Below, piece after piece: positions 1 to 14,174 of a DNA stretch of 64,000 bases (within the stretch, counting starts at the first letter, position 1; every line of letters starts with the position of its first letter). Location of the stretch: contig CM119375.1 of assembly GCA_051294905.1 (NCBI GenBank), forward strand, positions 26,102,001 to 26,166,000, read 5' to 3'. This DNA comes from Botryllus schlosseri. Its lineage: Eukaryota. The position numbers and the translations under genes were made by a program. Below the pieces are notes generated by a model, which saw only the letters and a list, made by a program, of their open reading frames with translations, searched no databases and had not been told where the DNA came from.

Positions 1-480
1 GCTGAACACCACGTTACTTGCTCCCGACCTGAGCTGAATTCTAGAATTTCGCGAATGTTTGTCGTTACCGGCATTCGAGTGTTTACAAGTCCGTCATGCG
101 CCCGCGCTGATGCGGACTAGACGCGACACGATGCGTTAATTCGGCGTTTTTGTTTCGTCAGCCCTTTGACCGGATAGTTTAGGGTGCTGCGAATAATCAG
201 GAAGCAGGTCACGATTCACGAAGTCGGTAGTGTCTCGGGCTAGAATGATGCGGATTTGCATAATTCGGACTTCATTCCGTGGAAAGTTACAGTTCGAGTA
301 TTTTCTAATGCTGATTATGTCAGCCTTTGATAACTAAGTAATTCTATTTGCCGAATTAGACTAATTAGTGCGAGATGCCAGGAATCTAGTTGTAATTTAA
401 TTTGTGAAATGTTTCTACGCTCTCATTTCAATTATAATCTAATTTCTAGTTTGCTGGTAATGCTGCAATAGAACTGAACG

Positions 481-1146
481 TTAGGGCTCTTCAAAAATGA
501 CTTTTTTTCTTAAATCATACTGGCTACTTGATAAAATTGTTAGGTTACCTAATTCAAGCCTGCACACAAAATTTGGTTCTATTCCAGCCAGTAACCACTT
601 TGCTACAGGAGAAGAAAGTTTCTACTTATTATATAAAAATAAATAATAAAAAATTTGAAAATTTTCTCTTCACCCCATGAAAGTGTTAGGCTGTCTATAG
701 AAACGATGCTCACCAAATTTGGTTCAATTGCAACCACTGGAAGCGGAGTTATTGTCGTCGAAAAATTTGGATTATGAATAAAATAGTATTTACGGTGACC
801 GATCCTTTGTTTATTTATTATAGTTGTGCTCACCGTAAATACTATTATATTCAAATCAAAATTTTTCGACGGCAATAACTCCGTTTCCACTGGTTGGAAT
901 TGAACCAAATTTGGTGAGGATCGTTTCTATAGACAGCCTAACACTTTCATGGGGTGAACAGAAAATTTTCAAATTTTTTATTATTTATTTTTATATAATA
1001 AGTAGAAACTTTCTTCTCCTGTAGCAAAGCGGTTACTGGCTGGAATTGAACCAAATTTTGTGTGTATGCTTGAATTAGGTAACCTAACAATCTTATCGAG
1101 TAGCCAGTACGATTTGAGAAAAAAAGTCATTTCTGAAGAGCCCTAA
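481..1146. mobile_element. ~670-bp near-perfect palindromic MITE
   Basis: TTAGGGCTCTTC...GAAGAGCCCTAA termini. The two ~320-bp arms are reverse complements around a ~25-nt loop near 800-825. No clear TSD. Confidence 0.85.
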
Positions 1147-2520
1147 TGTTTATAGCTCTGTACTTTCAACGCTGTGGTTTTATTGCGTCTATATAAGACA
1201 GGGAGATCTTTGTGACTCGAAACACTCTATTTTTGAACGGACAGTATTTGTGATCGTGACTCGCGAAATTGGCTTAGCTGACGTTTTTGATATCACCATA
1301 TCATCAGCCGTGTTTGCTATTCCGCCAGGTTTTATTGGCCGCTACGGGCATGGGCTAAAATTGAGTATTTTAGCGTAGAGACTATGGTCGTGTAGTGAGA
1401 GCGCGCAGCATGCGACGGCACAGCGGTTGCGGCGAAATCAACGAGGACACTCGGAAGAGATGGCTCGCCCGGCGGCGAATGCCAAAATCTCGATCCGTCG
1501 ATGCTCCCAAGTCGGCTGAACTGCAAAGCTCGAAGGCGATCGGTGAGTATCAGTACTAGCCGCTTTCAAATTTCCGAATTGGGCTGCTGCAACGCAAATC
1601 CTCTGAATTCAGCGGTTTTTAACCTATATTAACATGGCGAACCCTACGCCAATCTGAAAGCCGTCTGCGAACCCAAATTTTCGCCTGGTCTATAAACTAA
1701 AAACTACAACAATACACATACAGTACGTCACTATAGCATACTGGGCAAAATAAACTGCGCATCAATAACTGAGTTGAAAGAACAAAATCATTAAAACATG
1801 GTTTTCGCACAAAACAAAATGATTATGCTGTATCTGTATAAGTCGGGTTTGTGTCCTCACCTCCTGCGAACCACTGTCATACTGTTGACTTTAATTTTCG
1901 AGGTATTGGAAATTATATGTCGTGAATTGCATTTTCAACAAACTCGAAATGTCGCGTGGTGGCGTCGACGTGCCTGTGATGTCGTAATTTCGGTGCGACA
2001 GTTGTCAGCCCTCATACGCCCGTATTCCTAAGAAATGACACTCCGGTTCCCACTTTTATCCCGTTGCATCGCCGGACATTGCTCTTTGTAATCGTATGTC
2101 TTAATAGGCATATTGACATTGTCGTATGGTTGAACAATCGAATTGAACCGAGTGTCCACACCCCACGAATTCCGTGACTTGACCGATTGAAGATTTGAAA
2201 ATATTGTACTATTTCGTAGTCAAATAAATATCTATCATTGTATCTCTGCGGTTGCTGACATCAGTCGAGCAGTAACAAGCTGTTTGCGTCGACGGCGGTT
2301 CTCGGTATCAGTATTATGCAGAGTGCGGGTATACTCGTGTAACGTCGCGGGAAGCTTCTTCTGTCGCAATTCCGTGTTCAATCTCGTCTTAACCTCCGAT
2401 GCTCTTACCTGAATTGTACTCGAATTGTTATTTCGCCATTCTTTACTCGATATTAGAGTCTGCCGCCAATCACCAGCTTATATACGGCGATAGCATGGAT
2501 CGTATCTAGAACGAAAATTG

Positions 2521-2572
2521 TTCACTAGTTATTGGGCGCTGACGAGTTCCCGTCAAAAATATTTCAATATAT
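2521..2572 (+). repeat. Degenerate hammerhead-bearing repeat copy
   Basis: cactagtt...cg CTGACGA G-ttcccgt-C AAAA ATAT T T caatat. Spacing is the same as the intact copy, with G12->A. Confidence 0.55.
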
Positions 2573-5500
2573 ATTTTATTATATATTATCCGAACGTATA
2601 TGAATCACATGTACGAGTCAAACGACATCCACGCGCTTCAAACAACCCCACGTTTGTTTTTGTGCTCGTAAAGCCTCCAGTAAAAGTTATGACAGCACCG
2701 CAAATTTGACTCACCTGTTGTACGCATTGGGGGCGTGGGCTAACGTGGCACGCGGAAGCTGGCAGTTGAAGTGGTTACCGTTTAACGGTTGTTATTATGG
2801 TGACCTTTTCATAGGACCGCCGATTGTGAATCGAGCGTATTTGGACAGGCGATGTTGTATATGCGTGTGTAACATGAGCGGTTAAATCTTTGTTATTTGT
2901 AGCCTACGTATCGCGATTGTGTCAGCTGTTGGTACCAACGCTGTGCTTCCTACACTTCTTGTTGTGAACGCAAGCCTAGTGTGCGTGTGTTAAGCCGGGA
3001 TATAGTCATGATAGGCTGTGCGGCGTGAGATGTGCAATAGCGCGGGACAGCGCCTAGTGTCTTAGGGTACGATGCGGAAAAGTCGTACCTACGTCGTGAC
3101 GCCTTCATCCAGCGCAGCACGGAATCGAAGTGAGTCCTTATGAATTATGTAGGCAGCAGACACGACCGCTGCACTAAACTGTGAAACCTTGTGAAACTTA
3201 CCAAGTGATTATTCTCACCTTTTTTCACTGATTCTTGTAAGATAGTATTTACGTACCCGTGACTTTAACTTTGCGGCTTGCAACTCGTTTCAGCGTTCAA
3301 CTATTTTGGCAAAAGGTCCAGATACAAAAGTTAAAAATTGCTTTGGTCCGTAATAATTTACAGCAATACGCTGGTCAGACAGGTAAGGGTCCGCCAGTTG
3401 AGTAGCCCATATTCCACGTAGATGGTTTATCTCTTCGGTGTGCGTGCGACTTGCAATACTTAATACTTGCAGTGGAAAGATAGTTATATCCCTATGATAA
3501 TTGCAGCGGAAGAACAGTCATATATTTGCAGAATTGGTCTTTGTAGTCGTAGAGACGGTAGGCTACTTCCCTGGCATTAGAAATTACGTCGTAATTTTCT
3601 GCTGCAGTACATATAAAAGTAGCTATTTTCCAGTAAGAGTAAATATTCTTTCTAGTTATGGTTTATGTAAAAAGATGAAAACTGGAGCAAAAGTAGTATA
3701 ACGACATACCCACTTGAATAAGTATCGCTCTTAAGCCTAACCTAATCGCGTATTTCGTAAAAGTACAATATTTCTTAACTGCGTAAAGTGAGCTCTTGCT
3801 GTTGGTATTAGCGACACAGTAAGCATGGCTAATAGCGAGCATCTCCACGTTATGGGTTTGGAGTATAGGATTATGTAGCTCCGGTGCTGCGCCTTCGTTG
3901 CGTATTAGTGATCTTGATCAATAGACGTAAGTAAGCCTTGCTGTGCAGTCGATACGCGCAGTCAAACTTGTTCTTCGATTTTGTTGTTGTAGCGTCGTGG
4001 CACTGCTAGCTTGGATCCGCTATAGTGAGTTCCGGCATGTTTCAAACTATAGCGGACACGCTGAAAACATTGTCAGTACTATAGTATATCCGCATGTCAC
4101 TGGTAGGCCAACTAACCGTTTCCACAGATCGAGACCCCGTTACAATTTGAGAGTCGATCGACCAATGGGATTTGATACCTCGGGACATGGTTACCTTCGT
4201 CTCAGTTCTTCATAATATGTATTACATACGATGGGTCGCAAACGTAAACGTGCAACGTTGCGAGTGGCGGGCTAATTTCGCACTAGAACGTATCCGAAAC
4301 ATGAATTTAATTGTTATTGGCATTGGAAAACCCGGCTGGGTTGTATGTGAGATTGAATGTTGGTTGGATTGGTTGAACTACGCACCGTTGCTTACTTCAA
4401 CTGTATTTTGTTCTGTTTTGTCCCATTTGCACCGCCCTGATGGCGTTGATGTTATATTGCGTTTACGTTACCATTGACCACCGACGCTATGTCATACAAA
4501 TAACTTACCGAATATTTCTTGCCAAATCATGTAGTTCGCTAGCTGTCGCTGTCGCCTTTTTCAATATTGTGATTTCTCTGTTGCTACTCCGCTTGTCTTG
4601 CATAAAAATGGGTTATTGGCGACGCTATCGATTCCACTCCGGTCGGATTCGCTTGCAGTCGGGTCCAAATCAGTAATTTTGTAAGAAGATTACTAGTACC
4701 GGTACCAGTTTCTGACATCGAACATGTAATTTTATTGAAATGAAAAAACGGGTTCTAAAGCGTATGAGTTACAGGTTACAGTGTATAGAAAGGAATTTTA
4801 GCGTTGTTGTCTCCACGATACGAAAGTTATGACACAAATCAGTAAGAGAGCGACAAAACAATCGTGTTTTTGCGGTGGCGCTAATCGTAATTAGAGAAGC
4901 GACTATCGTTACATATTGATGGAGGTATTTTCTTCTTGGTAAATATATGTAATTAGAGATTGAAGTGTGACTAAAATAATGTTGACTGATCGCGTCTGTC
5001 ACGACCGATGGTAAAGTGCAACCCCTGTTGTAAGATGCACTACAATGCATTGCTTGTATCCGTTTTCTAAGCCTCTATCTGTAAGCTATTTGTAAGCTAC
5101 GTGGGCATACTTAATAGTCTACGAATTCACCTAGAATCGCAAGTATCTGATTACGGGGGCGGTTGTGAATTGGTGATGTCATAGGGCGCTTTGAAACGCG
5201 ACACCGCAGAATTGGTTTGTACTTTGGCATTGATAGATTTAATATAAAATTGCTGCAAAATTCTGTACGCTAGAAAATAAAAATGATTTAATTATTTCCT
5301 TGTATCAATCGCGGTTTAGATGTTGAGTGTGTTTGACATCGTTCGCTGAAATCTAATTCCGATCATATGGTAATCGAATACGGCGTATACGCGGGCGCTG
5401 TGAGCAAAGTATCGAGCTTTGGAGTCCGATTATTGTCGATACTACACTTTAAAAGAAACATCGTTATCGGTAATTTGCGGTAAAAGTGATCGAACTTTTC

Positions 5501-8500
5501 GTGACGTCACAACATCGTAATATTTCTTATAGCTTAGGTGTCCAGATGCGGCCTTTTTAGATTATTTCGTGCCCAAGCATACCAAATTACCAATGGCAGT
5601 TCCAATAAATGCTCCGAAGTTTCGGAAATGCGCCTTAGCTAAATGCCAAATGGACTGAATATCGACTGAATACATCGGGGTTATCGCTTCGGTATCGGCT
5701 CAAATGGCTCTAATCAAGATTATTTGGAATGACATTGTTGATCATCCAGACTCGTGGGTAATCGTAATCTTGTTTAACGCGAATGTCACGAGTTCCCCGT
5801 TTCTATAAAAGCTTATTGGATTAGCAGTCGGGATATTACCTTCGATATTGGTGCGGTCTCTGGGGACAGCCCATGCTAAATATTCTATTTTCGAAAGCGC
5901 CAACTGATGAATTCTGAGCCGTAAAAATATTTTTACCAATATATTTTTGGTCCCTAAATCATTTATTAATGTACCGTAAATACATATGCATACGCAATTC
6001 AATATACAAGTGTTAGTTAATTCAGTCATTCTTATCTAATTTTTAAAAAGCGGAAAATTTTGTAGTTTTCCGACTCCGGTATTACGCAGGCCAATGCGTT
6101 TGAAACTCGCGTTCTACAATTCTAATGACAGGTGATATAATGACATCACAGACGCGTCGTCCGCTAACCTTGAATACACCCGGAAATCTCGGTGAATACC
6201 TTTCAATAAGGCTTTGAAAGCGTGTGCGTTTCGCAATAGAATCTTTTCAGAATTGCAGTTTCGTTATGACTTATGATAAGTCTCGAAGCCGGCTTGGCAT
6301 TTCTGACATCCCGACCAGCTGTGGTAGTACGTCATGACGTAATTAGTCACGTCTCGGAAATGCCGCTCGTGTATTAGATTGTCTATTGTGACAGCGCGGT
6401 CGCGTCATGCGATACCTTTAGACTGGTTTTGCTGGAAATGCTTCTTACGTTGCAAAGTTCGCGACGAAATTACACTCTCCTTCTTGGTAGCACCTTTGCC
6501 TTTCGTGATAATAATAGATCGGTGTGTTTGGTTTTGAGCAGGGCCTGACGCAGTGGTACGAGAACCAGAATTTGAGTCGATTATCAATACTAATGATTCG
6601 GGTCGAGTAGTTCGAGATGATTTTGCAAGTACCGAAGTTATGTGCCCCAGAGTTTACGGTTTTTTGTTGGAAAGTGGATTGAATTCCGAATTAGCACGGG
6701 AATGGCAAATGTCTGGACGCCGAGCTTTGCTAGTTTCGCATTAAACAATTCTCCGGTAGTATTTTCAGGAAAACCATAAATCAGATTGGAATTGAAATGA
6801 GATCATAAGCACATTCCACATTCCGCGTGGAAAGACAGTCCACTAGTGCTTTTTTTACATTCACGTCATCTGTATTTGGGTTTGGCGACCTTACAACTCC
6901 AGCGTCGCATGCTAATGGTCGTATTGTTCACGAAATAGGCTGTCGAATGTGTTTTGATAGAGATGGTTTCCAATGTTGCGCAAATTCCAAGCGTCTACAG
7001 GCACAGCAGTGGTTTTTAACTTTCTGGAAGGCACCTAACCCTACCATTACGATACAGGCATTCATCGAGCCCTTGCCAGTTTGAAAATTGAAATGCACTT
7101 CTTTCGGTAATCTTTTAGCTACCTTGCCTTGATGGAAATGAATGAGAATCTTGATCCAGGCTGCCTGTCGCACTGATTTCGAAAATTTTATTTATAGATC
7201 AGGGCAATGGAGCCCCTTAAAAATCAACCTCAAAGATGAAAAAATGCCAATCTCATCGTTGTGAATGCTTGACAGTGAAACGACGCAACACTCAATTGCC
7301 TGTAGATGACAATTTCACCCTTGCAGTATCATTTTACAATGCAGTTCAAAGCTTTCCTTTATATCCGAGATATATCTTGTAACAAACGGTGTCAACATCT
7401 CAAAGGCTTGAACTCCGCTGAACCCCTGAGAATAACTCACCGAACCCTTGGGGTTTGATCCAAGCAAGGCTGAAGAAATACTGGTCTAGAGCGTTGTGAA
7501 GAGTAGTTATTGGTCTCGTTCTGGACACGTTCTAGAACAAATGCGCTGCCGATGTGAGAGTAGTTCTAATGCATATTGGGTATGGCCCCTGATTTGGTAG
7601 CCTGAATTACAATTCGTCATTGATCAAATTCGTAGACTGTTTGTTTTTGAAAAGTTCACTGGTATCTTCATGGTAAGGAAACCACATCTTGTCGAATCGC
7701 TCTAACGAGCGCACTCTCATTATTTTTGAGATTTTACAAAACACCAATGCTTCGTGGAGCTTCTTTAAACTCCCGCATACTTTCCGAAAGTGTCTGAGCC
7801 TTTGTTTATTTACCATTAATATTCTATTGCATATTGTTAGCCTGGAGGAATCGACAGTCTTAAAACTCTTCAAGCGGGATATTTCACGAGTTTAGTAGCA
7901 TTTTTCAATCGTCTGTTTTTAGATAATATACCGCGAATAATGTTTTAGTCGAGCACCTGCACGTTGTTTTTAGTAATCGCATTGCTACCGAAATATAATC
8001 TATCGATATCTATATTTGTCACGATACGCGACCTTATATTCGACGTAGCGGATGCTATGAGTTGACGTGTCACTGTCGTTTTTTAGTTAGAGATTGTTGC
8101 GTTTGACTGATGTCGCCGTCCGTTGGGAATGTGTTGAAAATTCTTTTCATTCTCGTGATGTAGCACCTGTTTATGAGGCGGCTGCAGTTACGTATGCAAG
8201 CGTAGTTACTAGTTAGTGACTGGGTATTAGTAACGGCTCGTAGCATTTGTGAACGTATGTGGTGTAACTGCAAATGCGATTGTCGTTTAATAGCGCCTCG
8301 TGCATTTAACGGGTGGTCGAGGTCTCAAGGTTGTCATTTTTGAAACTGAAATTAAAGCGAACGTATCATTGTAACTTTCTGCTCTAGTACAGGTATTAGT
8401 AGCTATCTCCAAGTTAGTATTCTAGGCCTAAAATTGAGTAAAAACGGGAAAATGTAAGTCGAAATAGTAATAGTAAGTAGACAGAATAGACTTGGGTACT

Positions 8501-11318
8501 CCGATAAAGTACAAGTACTGCGTTAATTCAGTGTGAATTTGGTTACTCACTCCGCAAATATCATTGGCTGGACCGGGCGTGATTTCAGGCGGCTTGCGGG
8601 TCGTGACTCTTCTGGTTGAGTAATCTTAAGACGTAATCTATTTGTTTGCCTTCATGCTCGGGTTCCGGTCAAAATCTACGGGCTAATTTGAAGCTGGTTA
8701 ATGATTTGTACGGGCGTCGCGTCTTTGCGTTGGCGTGAACTTAGTAAGTGCGCTCTTTCTGCGAGCGTCAAATCAAACTTTTGACTTATCGATCGCCAGC
8801 ATCCGTAAATCAGATTTTGGGCTGTGTTTTAGTTGTAGGTAAGTTTTGGGTGTGCCAAGATCTAGCATTTGATCATCGATCGAGTTTGCCGGTTACGTTA
8901 CGAGACGCTGACGCGAGAAAGTGTAGTTTTCGCCCCTGACCGTCTGAGGGCCATGCCAAGGCTGTATAGTGTATACTCAACTATTTTAGCAAAGGCCCAG
9001 TTATAGAAGATTGAAAGGTGAAAAGGGTAGAAATAATTCCATTTTAAAAACTGCCGAATCGAAATTCGTTTGATTACAATTCTCAAATGGGTCGTTCACT
9101 TCTAGTTTATAAAGCTGTAAGTAACGGCCGATCGTCTATCGCCAGATAGGACATCTCTGTACCTTAGGAATGATTCATTAGTGTTGTGTTATTATTCGGC
9201 AATATTAATATATCGTTGGTCGCGATATTGATGTTTTGTACTTCTAAGAGTCTAATTTTGGTTTCGATGACGATTGTCGCAGCACTGTGACGTCACAGCG
9301 ATGATCTCCTCACTAGCTACGAAACGAGACCGAGATTGATCGCCCGTAGGCTACTTATCGCACGTGTAGTGATGTTTTCAACTTGCTTTATATGTTGATT
9401 TTTTTTTTTCTAAGCGGTTTTGAAAACTGCATCGCGTGACGGTTTGATTGTGGCCGACATCGACATTCAATAACCAGGTCGTAACGTAACTTTATCCGCC
9501 TATTACGTAATGCGCGCGAGGTATTTTTGCGGTTGCATGACAAAAATCATCAATCTGCGAGCCATATTTTGCGATGTGCCATGAGTGCAGTGGGTTTTGT
9601 GATGGAGCGGCATCGTAAACCGCGCATCGCGCTAAAACACGATGATGTATTTGATTGAGCAATGCTCATTTTAATCGCCACCATCTCGAACGCGTTGTGA
9701 TGCAGCGGTCGTAGAACACAACCTTCTGTTTAGGCTGTGATTCGCTCTACACTGTTGTTACGTCGGCCGTGCCACTTTACGAGAGCGCTTTTTCACGCTT
9801 TCAGTCTTCAATGTGCTTCACGTTGTCTAACCCGTGACTTCAGGTATGCGGTCACGGTGCGAGAATTCTGAAAACAATTTCGCGCACGCCCGTTGGAGAA
9901 AGCGTTATCTGCGCTCGGATCAATTTGTGCCGTGGAAACCAGTAGTTTTTTTCAGTGACTTACTGTTGTTGTCAGGCCTTGGGAATGTTGCGGCAGTGCG
10001 ATGCGTTGACTGGACATTCGGTATTGTATCGTGTGGTATAGGGGTGGTCAAAGTAGTCGTACCCAAGTAGGAGTAGGAGTAGCGGCGTAAGTGGCTACTG
10101 AGGTAGATGTAGCCATTTCCAAGTAATAAAGTAAGTAGGGTGTTCTAGGCCTAGTTTTGCCTGAAAATCTAAGATTCTCAGGTGTGCCACGAATATTTTT
10201 AGGAAAGGAACTGTATAAATATTTTTAAAGTCGCCTGAAGACCAGCGCATACGACTTAGAGGCGCTCTATCTTCTTCAACGGCCGATAAATAATCTCGAT
10301 GAAACCCATTATGCCATCGTGATAAATCGAGCAATCAGCAGATGATCTGCACATTAATTTACGAAAATGCCTACTTCATAATAAAAGCTTTTCTATAAAA
10401 GAAAATGGACCATTTTTGACTGTCTCTTTCCAAATCCTATTTCTTGATCGGTGTAATAACAATTAAAATTGTGTTTACATTTGGATCATCATGATAACAT
10501 GAGCATGGTTTTTCTTTCTGCCTCAACTTGAAAGCTTTGAAAGAGAGACACACTGCCTGTAATTGATGACGAAATGCGGATATGTTTGTCTGCAATGTAA
10601 CCTCGTTTCTGTTGTTATATGTTCTGTTCGTATAAATTCAAAGCGTTAGATCTATGAATTAGCGTTGTGTCGAAAATTGTGATGTAGACTGATGCAGTTG
10701 TAGGCGTAGTCAAGGCTGTGGTGGCGATGAGTGAATCATTTTGGCAATATCACTCTAAGCTAGCCCACGAAGATGTACTCGGTTCACGATCGTCCGGGTG
10801 CCTTCTGGTATGTCGCCATGTCGATAATTGCCCGGGGGTTATGCGCGTTGAGGTGGGAAAATCGCGGAGAATTTTGCGGGCATGGTACAATATTAGACAT
10901 TGTTCTGTTTTTCTGAACTGAGTCGAAGCGATGTCTATTGTTGGAATGCATTGTTTTTGATCGATGGGTATAATCTGGTTTCATATGTGCTCGGTAACGA
11001 TTTACTGGTAATGCGCAGAAATTTGTATTGTTGTTAATTTTCTGTAGGCTCTATGCGTTGTTGGCCTATTTAGTTTATGTTAGGATCGTAAAAGTTCAGT
11101 GGAATTTCCGACATCATGTGCGTTTCCTTCGAAAACTATTATTGATATCGTTGGATATGATAAGAATTGAATTCAACTCACCATCGAGCCGTCATGCACG
11201 ACCTTTAGTAGCGCATGATTACACGTCAGATATGTACCCATCCCCGTACGCTATTGAAATGTAACTGTAAGCTTCGCTGGCGTTATGTGCATCGTTCTGG
11301 CAGAGTTAGCTTTGTTCG

Positions 11319-11430
11319 TTTATTTATTACGGCATTTCCAAACACAACAAGATTGTGATACAATGAAAAGATAGGAAGCAGCCTAAACGGCTTGGATTAG
11401 TCTAAGAAATCAGACCTGAACCTCGGGCCT
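11319..11430 (-). mobile_element. Older LINE 3'-end fragment
   Basis: caagattgtgatacaatgaaaagataggaag...atcagacc matches the 3' UTR of the LINE at 34380-34460. Confidence 0.6.
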
Positions 11431-11484
11431 GTACTATATCATGTCAATTGTAGATATAATAGGCATATTTACTTGATAAAAGTA

Positions 11485-11545
11485 ATCACGCTGATACTCT
11501 TCAGGGTTAATCGTCAGCAACTAGTAGAGAATTGAAAAGACTATT
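11485..11545 (-). repeat. Truncated hammerhead-bearing repeat copy
   Basis: The reverse complement reads gtcttttcaattctctactagttgctgacgattaacc CTGAAGA gtatcagc, then diverges before GAAA. Confidence 0.65.
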
Positions 11546-14174
11546 GGATATTATTGAATTGTATACTGAATTTCTGTAACTCCGAGAGTTATTGTTGGTC
11601 CTAAACGCCGTCCGCGGTGGATTTCTCGGCGATATGATAAGAAAGTCGATTATGCATGAAACGATGGCCACGTGACCCTTGTTGCTTAGCAAGCACTTAA
11701 TGCAAATGCACGACAACGTAACGCACGCTCTTTCGCGCTGGTTAACACATTCTTGTGATAGTTACTCATCGCTACCGAACCATAGAAATTGACTATTTTT
11801 GTAGGCAAGGGTATGTGCTTGGCGTGTATAGGTTTGCGTCATAACGTTGCATGTTCAGTAAGGCGCAGACACTTCGTTCGCCGTCAGTACATTTGTTTCT
11901 GTTGAAATGTATTCGTTGGTTTTAAAGGTGCAGGTTACAGAATATTTCTTTCATTTTCCGATTAGTTTCGAAGGTAGTCGGCTTTTCATTTGAAGTTTAT
12001 TAGCGTGCCGTGGCATGATGCCGGCTCCTCGATACCGTTAATGGTATTACGCAACGATCATTAATGAGGTTTACAAGCAGTGAGTGTGTCCCTAGTCTTA
12101 AGATGAATGCAGTGTCGGACATATGCACGCTGGTCGCGCCGACGCTGGCTAGTTAATCAATTTTAGCTTGTAACGAAATGGCATTTTTGTCCGATGATCT
12201 TTCTATGTTCGTGATTACCTGCGTACATAAGGGCATCATCGATTCCTAATTGCGCTCGTGATATATCATAAGGACTAACGTCACCTGCAGGTGTTGTAGC
12301 CGTAGTTGCGATGTTGGCGTGAGAATGATTTGACTTACCCTAGGAATGTTTAGGTTGTTGTTTAGTGTTATGAAGTGAGATACCTTGTTCCCTTGAAGTC
12401 TTTTAGAAGGTGTTTTCGAGTATGGCAGAAAATTGTTTTTGGATAGTAAGTGGGCTTCAAAATGAACTATTCTTTTCTGTTATTCTGTGTCACAAATCTG
12501 ATAAGTGAATTCTGTTTGTTTGTGACCACATCCGGTAATGAGCTGGTGCTTATAATCAGGAGAATCGCTTTATGGTGTACGCTAGGTAACCAGGCCCAGC
12601 TCACTTTAACATAAAAGTAATCAACTTAGACATTGTTTGCTTTTTACCTGTAATGGAATTCTGAGATCCCTGTATTGCGCTTACGTGTTACGTCAACATA
12701 GTAACGAAAAGGCGGTTGTTCGTAGCTGTTCTTATTGTATAAAATTATACTGTTATTATTGTACTTTCACAAATACCATTTACTGAGACTATGGGACGAT
12801 TTGCTATCAAAACTGACCGTGAAACTGTTACTTCAGATAATACAAAGTACTTGTTATGACATAGAGTGGGATCGTGGAACACTGGAACTATGTTTTAGCG
12901 CATCAAGTAGACTATATAACTTGGAAAAACCATAAACTGTTTTGCTAAGTATGCAAGCGTTTGTGCGAGTTTTCAATTCATGCAGCTGTACCAAGCCAAG
13001 AATTAAAGGTGATGGTTGTGGTTTCGGGAAATATTGATTCTCCGTAAGGCAGCTTTGTCGCATAATATCTAAGTGTACTATGTGGTCTTTACCTTATTCT
13101 GCTAACCTTTTACTTGTCTATCAATTTTGGTATTTTTCGTCACAGTACCGTAGTTGAATATACGATATTTAACCCCGGTTTCCGATTTTATATGATTTCA
13201 GTGTGACGTGTTGTGATGTTATAGCCTTGTTAGTGAATAGTTACACAGATCAATTTACTGTTTCTGCAGTTTCACAACCCTATTGATGTGTCGCATTGAT
13301 CTAAATACGGGGTATCACACTGTGTGTAATATTCTGGTGACGCTCTATGAGCAAGATGCTTCCATGTAATCGTGACTTTACTGAATGCAATTGACATTTT
13401 GTCATTTGTCTCAGTTGAGAGCGATCCAGCCGTTGTGCGGCAGGGCTTCCAAGTATGGCCAATGTGCAGTTAGTGCTCACAAAAATAGAATTTGACTTAT
13501 AAAGTGACGAAGCTTAGCTATTTAATGAAGTCCTACTTCCCTATTGTTGGCTCAATGCAATTTGCCGAATGACATAATTATGTTGTGAAATACGCAGCAT
13601 TGCATACACGCTTAGTAGTGACTTTAGCAATGGAGTCATCAGTATTTCTGTCAAACATCTGTCTCAGTTTACTGTATTTACTAACACAGTATGCACTATG
13701 CACCCTTGTAGTATTGTGTTCTGTGCGCTGCAGTTGAATGGTGATTTTTTGATAAAATGAATTCATAGACATAAAATGTTGTTAATAAATGAGCCCAAGT
13801 CTGTTGGTGGAATCGCGTATCCGGCAGACCATATTTCCATTTCATTTTCGCGTTGTCAGCAGCTTGACTGACTTTTGTCCCGTGAAAGTGTTGCAATGAT
13901 TTGGTAGGCAGTTACAATGTCACATCAAAGTGCTCAACTCCTAAACGCTTGTGTATAGTGAAATTGGAAGAATTTTGGGAAAATACCTCTCACATTCTCG
14001 ACAAACAACGCAAATGTATTCTAGCATGAAGCAGACATCAACAGAAAGCTTGATATTTTGCCTAACATATTCTCTTTTATGACTCATTCTACTGTGTTCT
14101 GGCTCTTCAAGTTCCTTGAATTTGAGGCATGGTATCCATTGGCGACCTCTCTGATGTGCGTGTTTATTTTTCAG

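Noticed and set aside
6400-7900. Possible decayed transposon coding remnants (ORF1-like and zinc-finger-like text) on the minus strand
   Set aside because: There are multiple stops and only vague similarity. A translated search against a transposon protein library would be needed.
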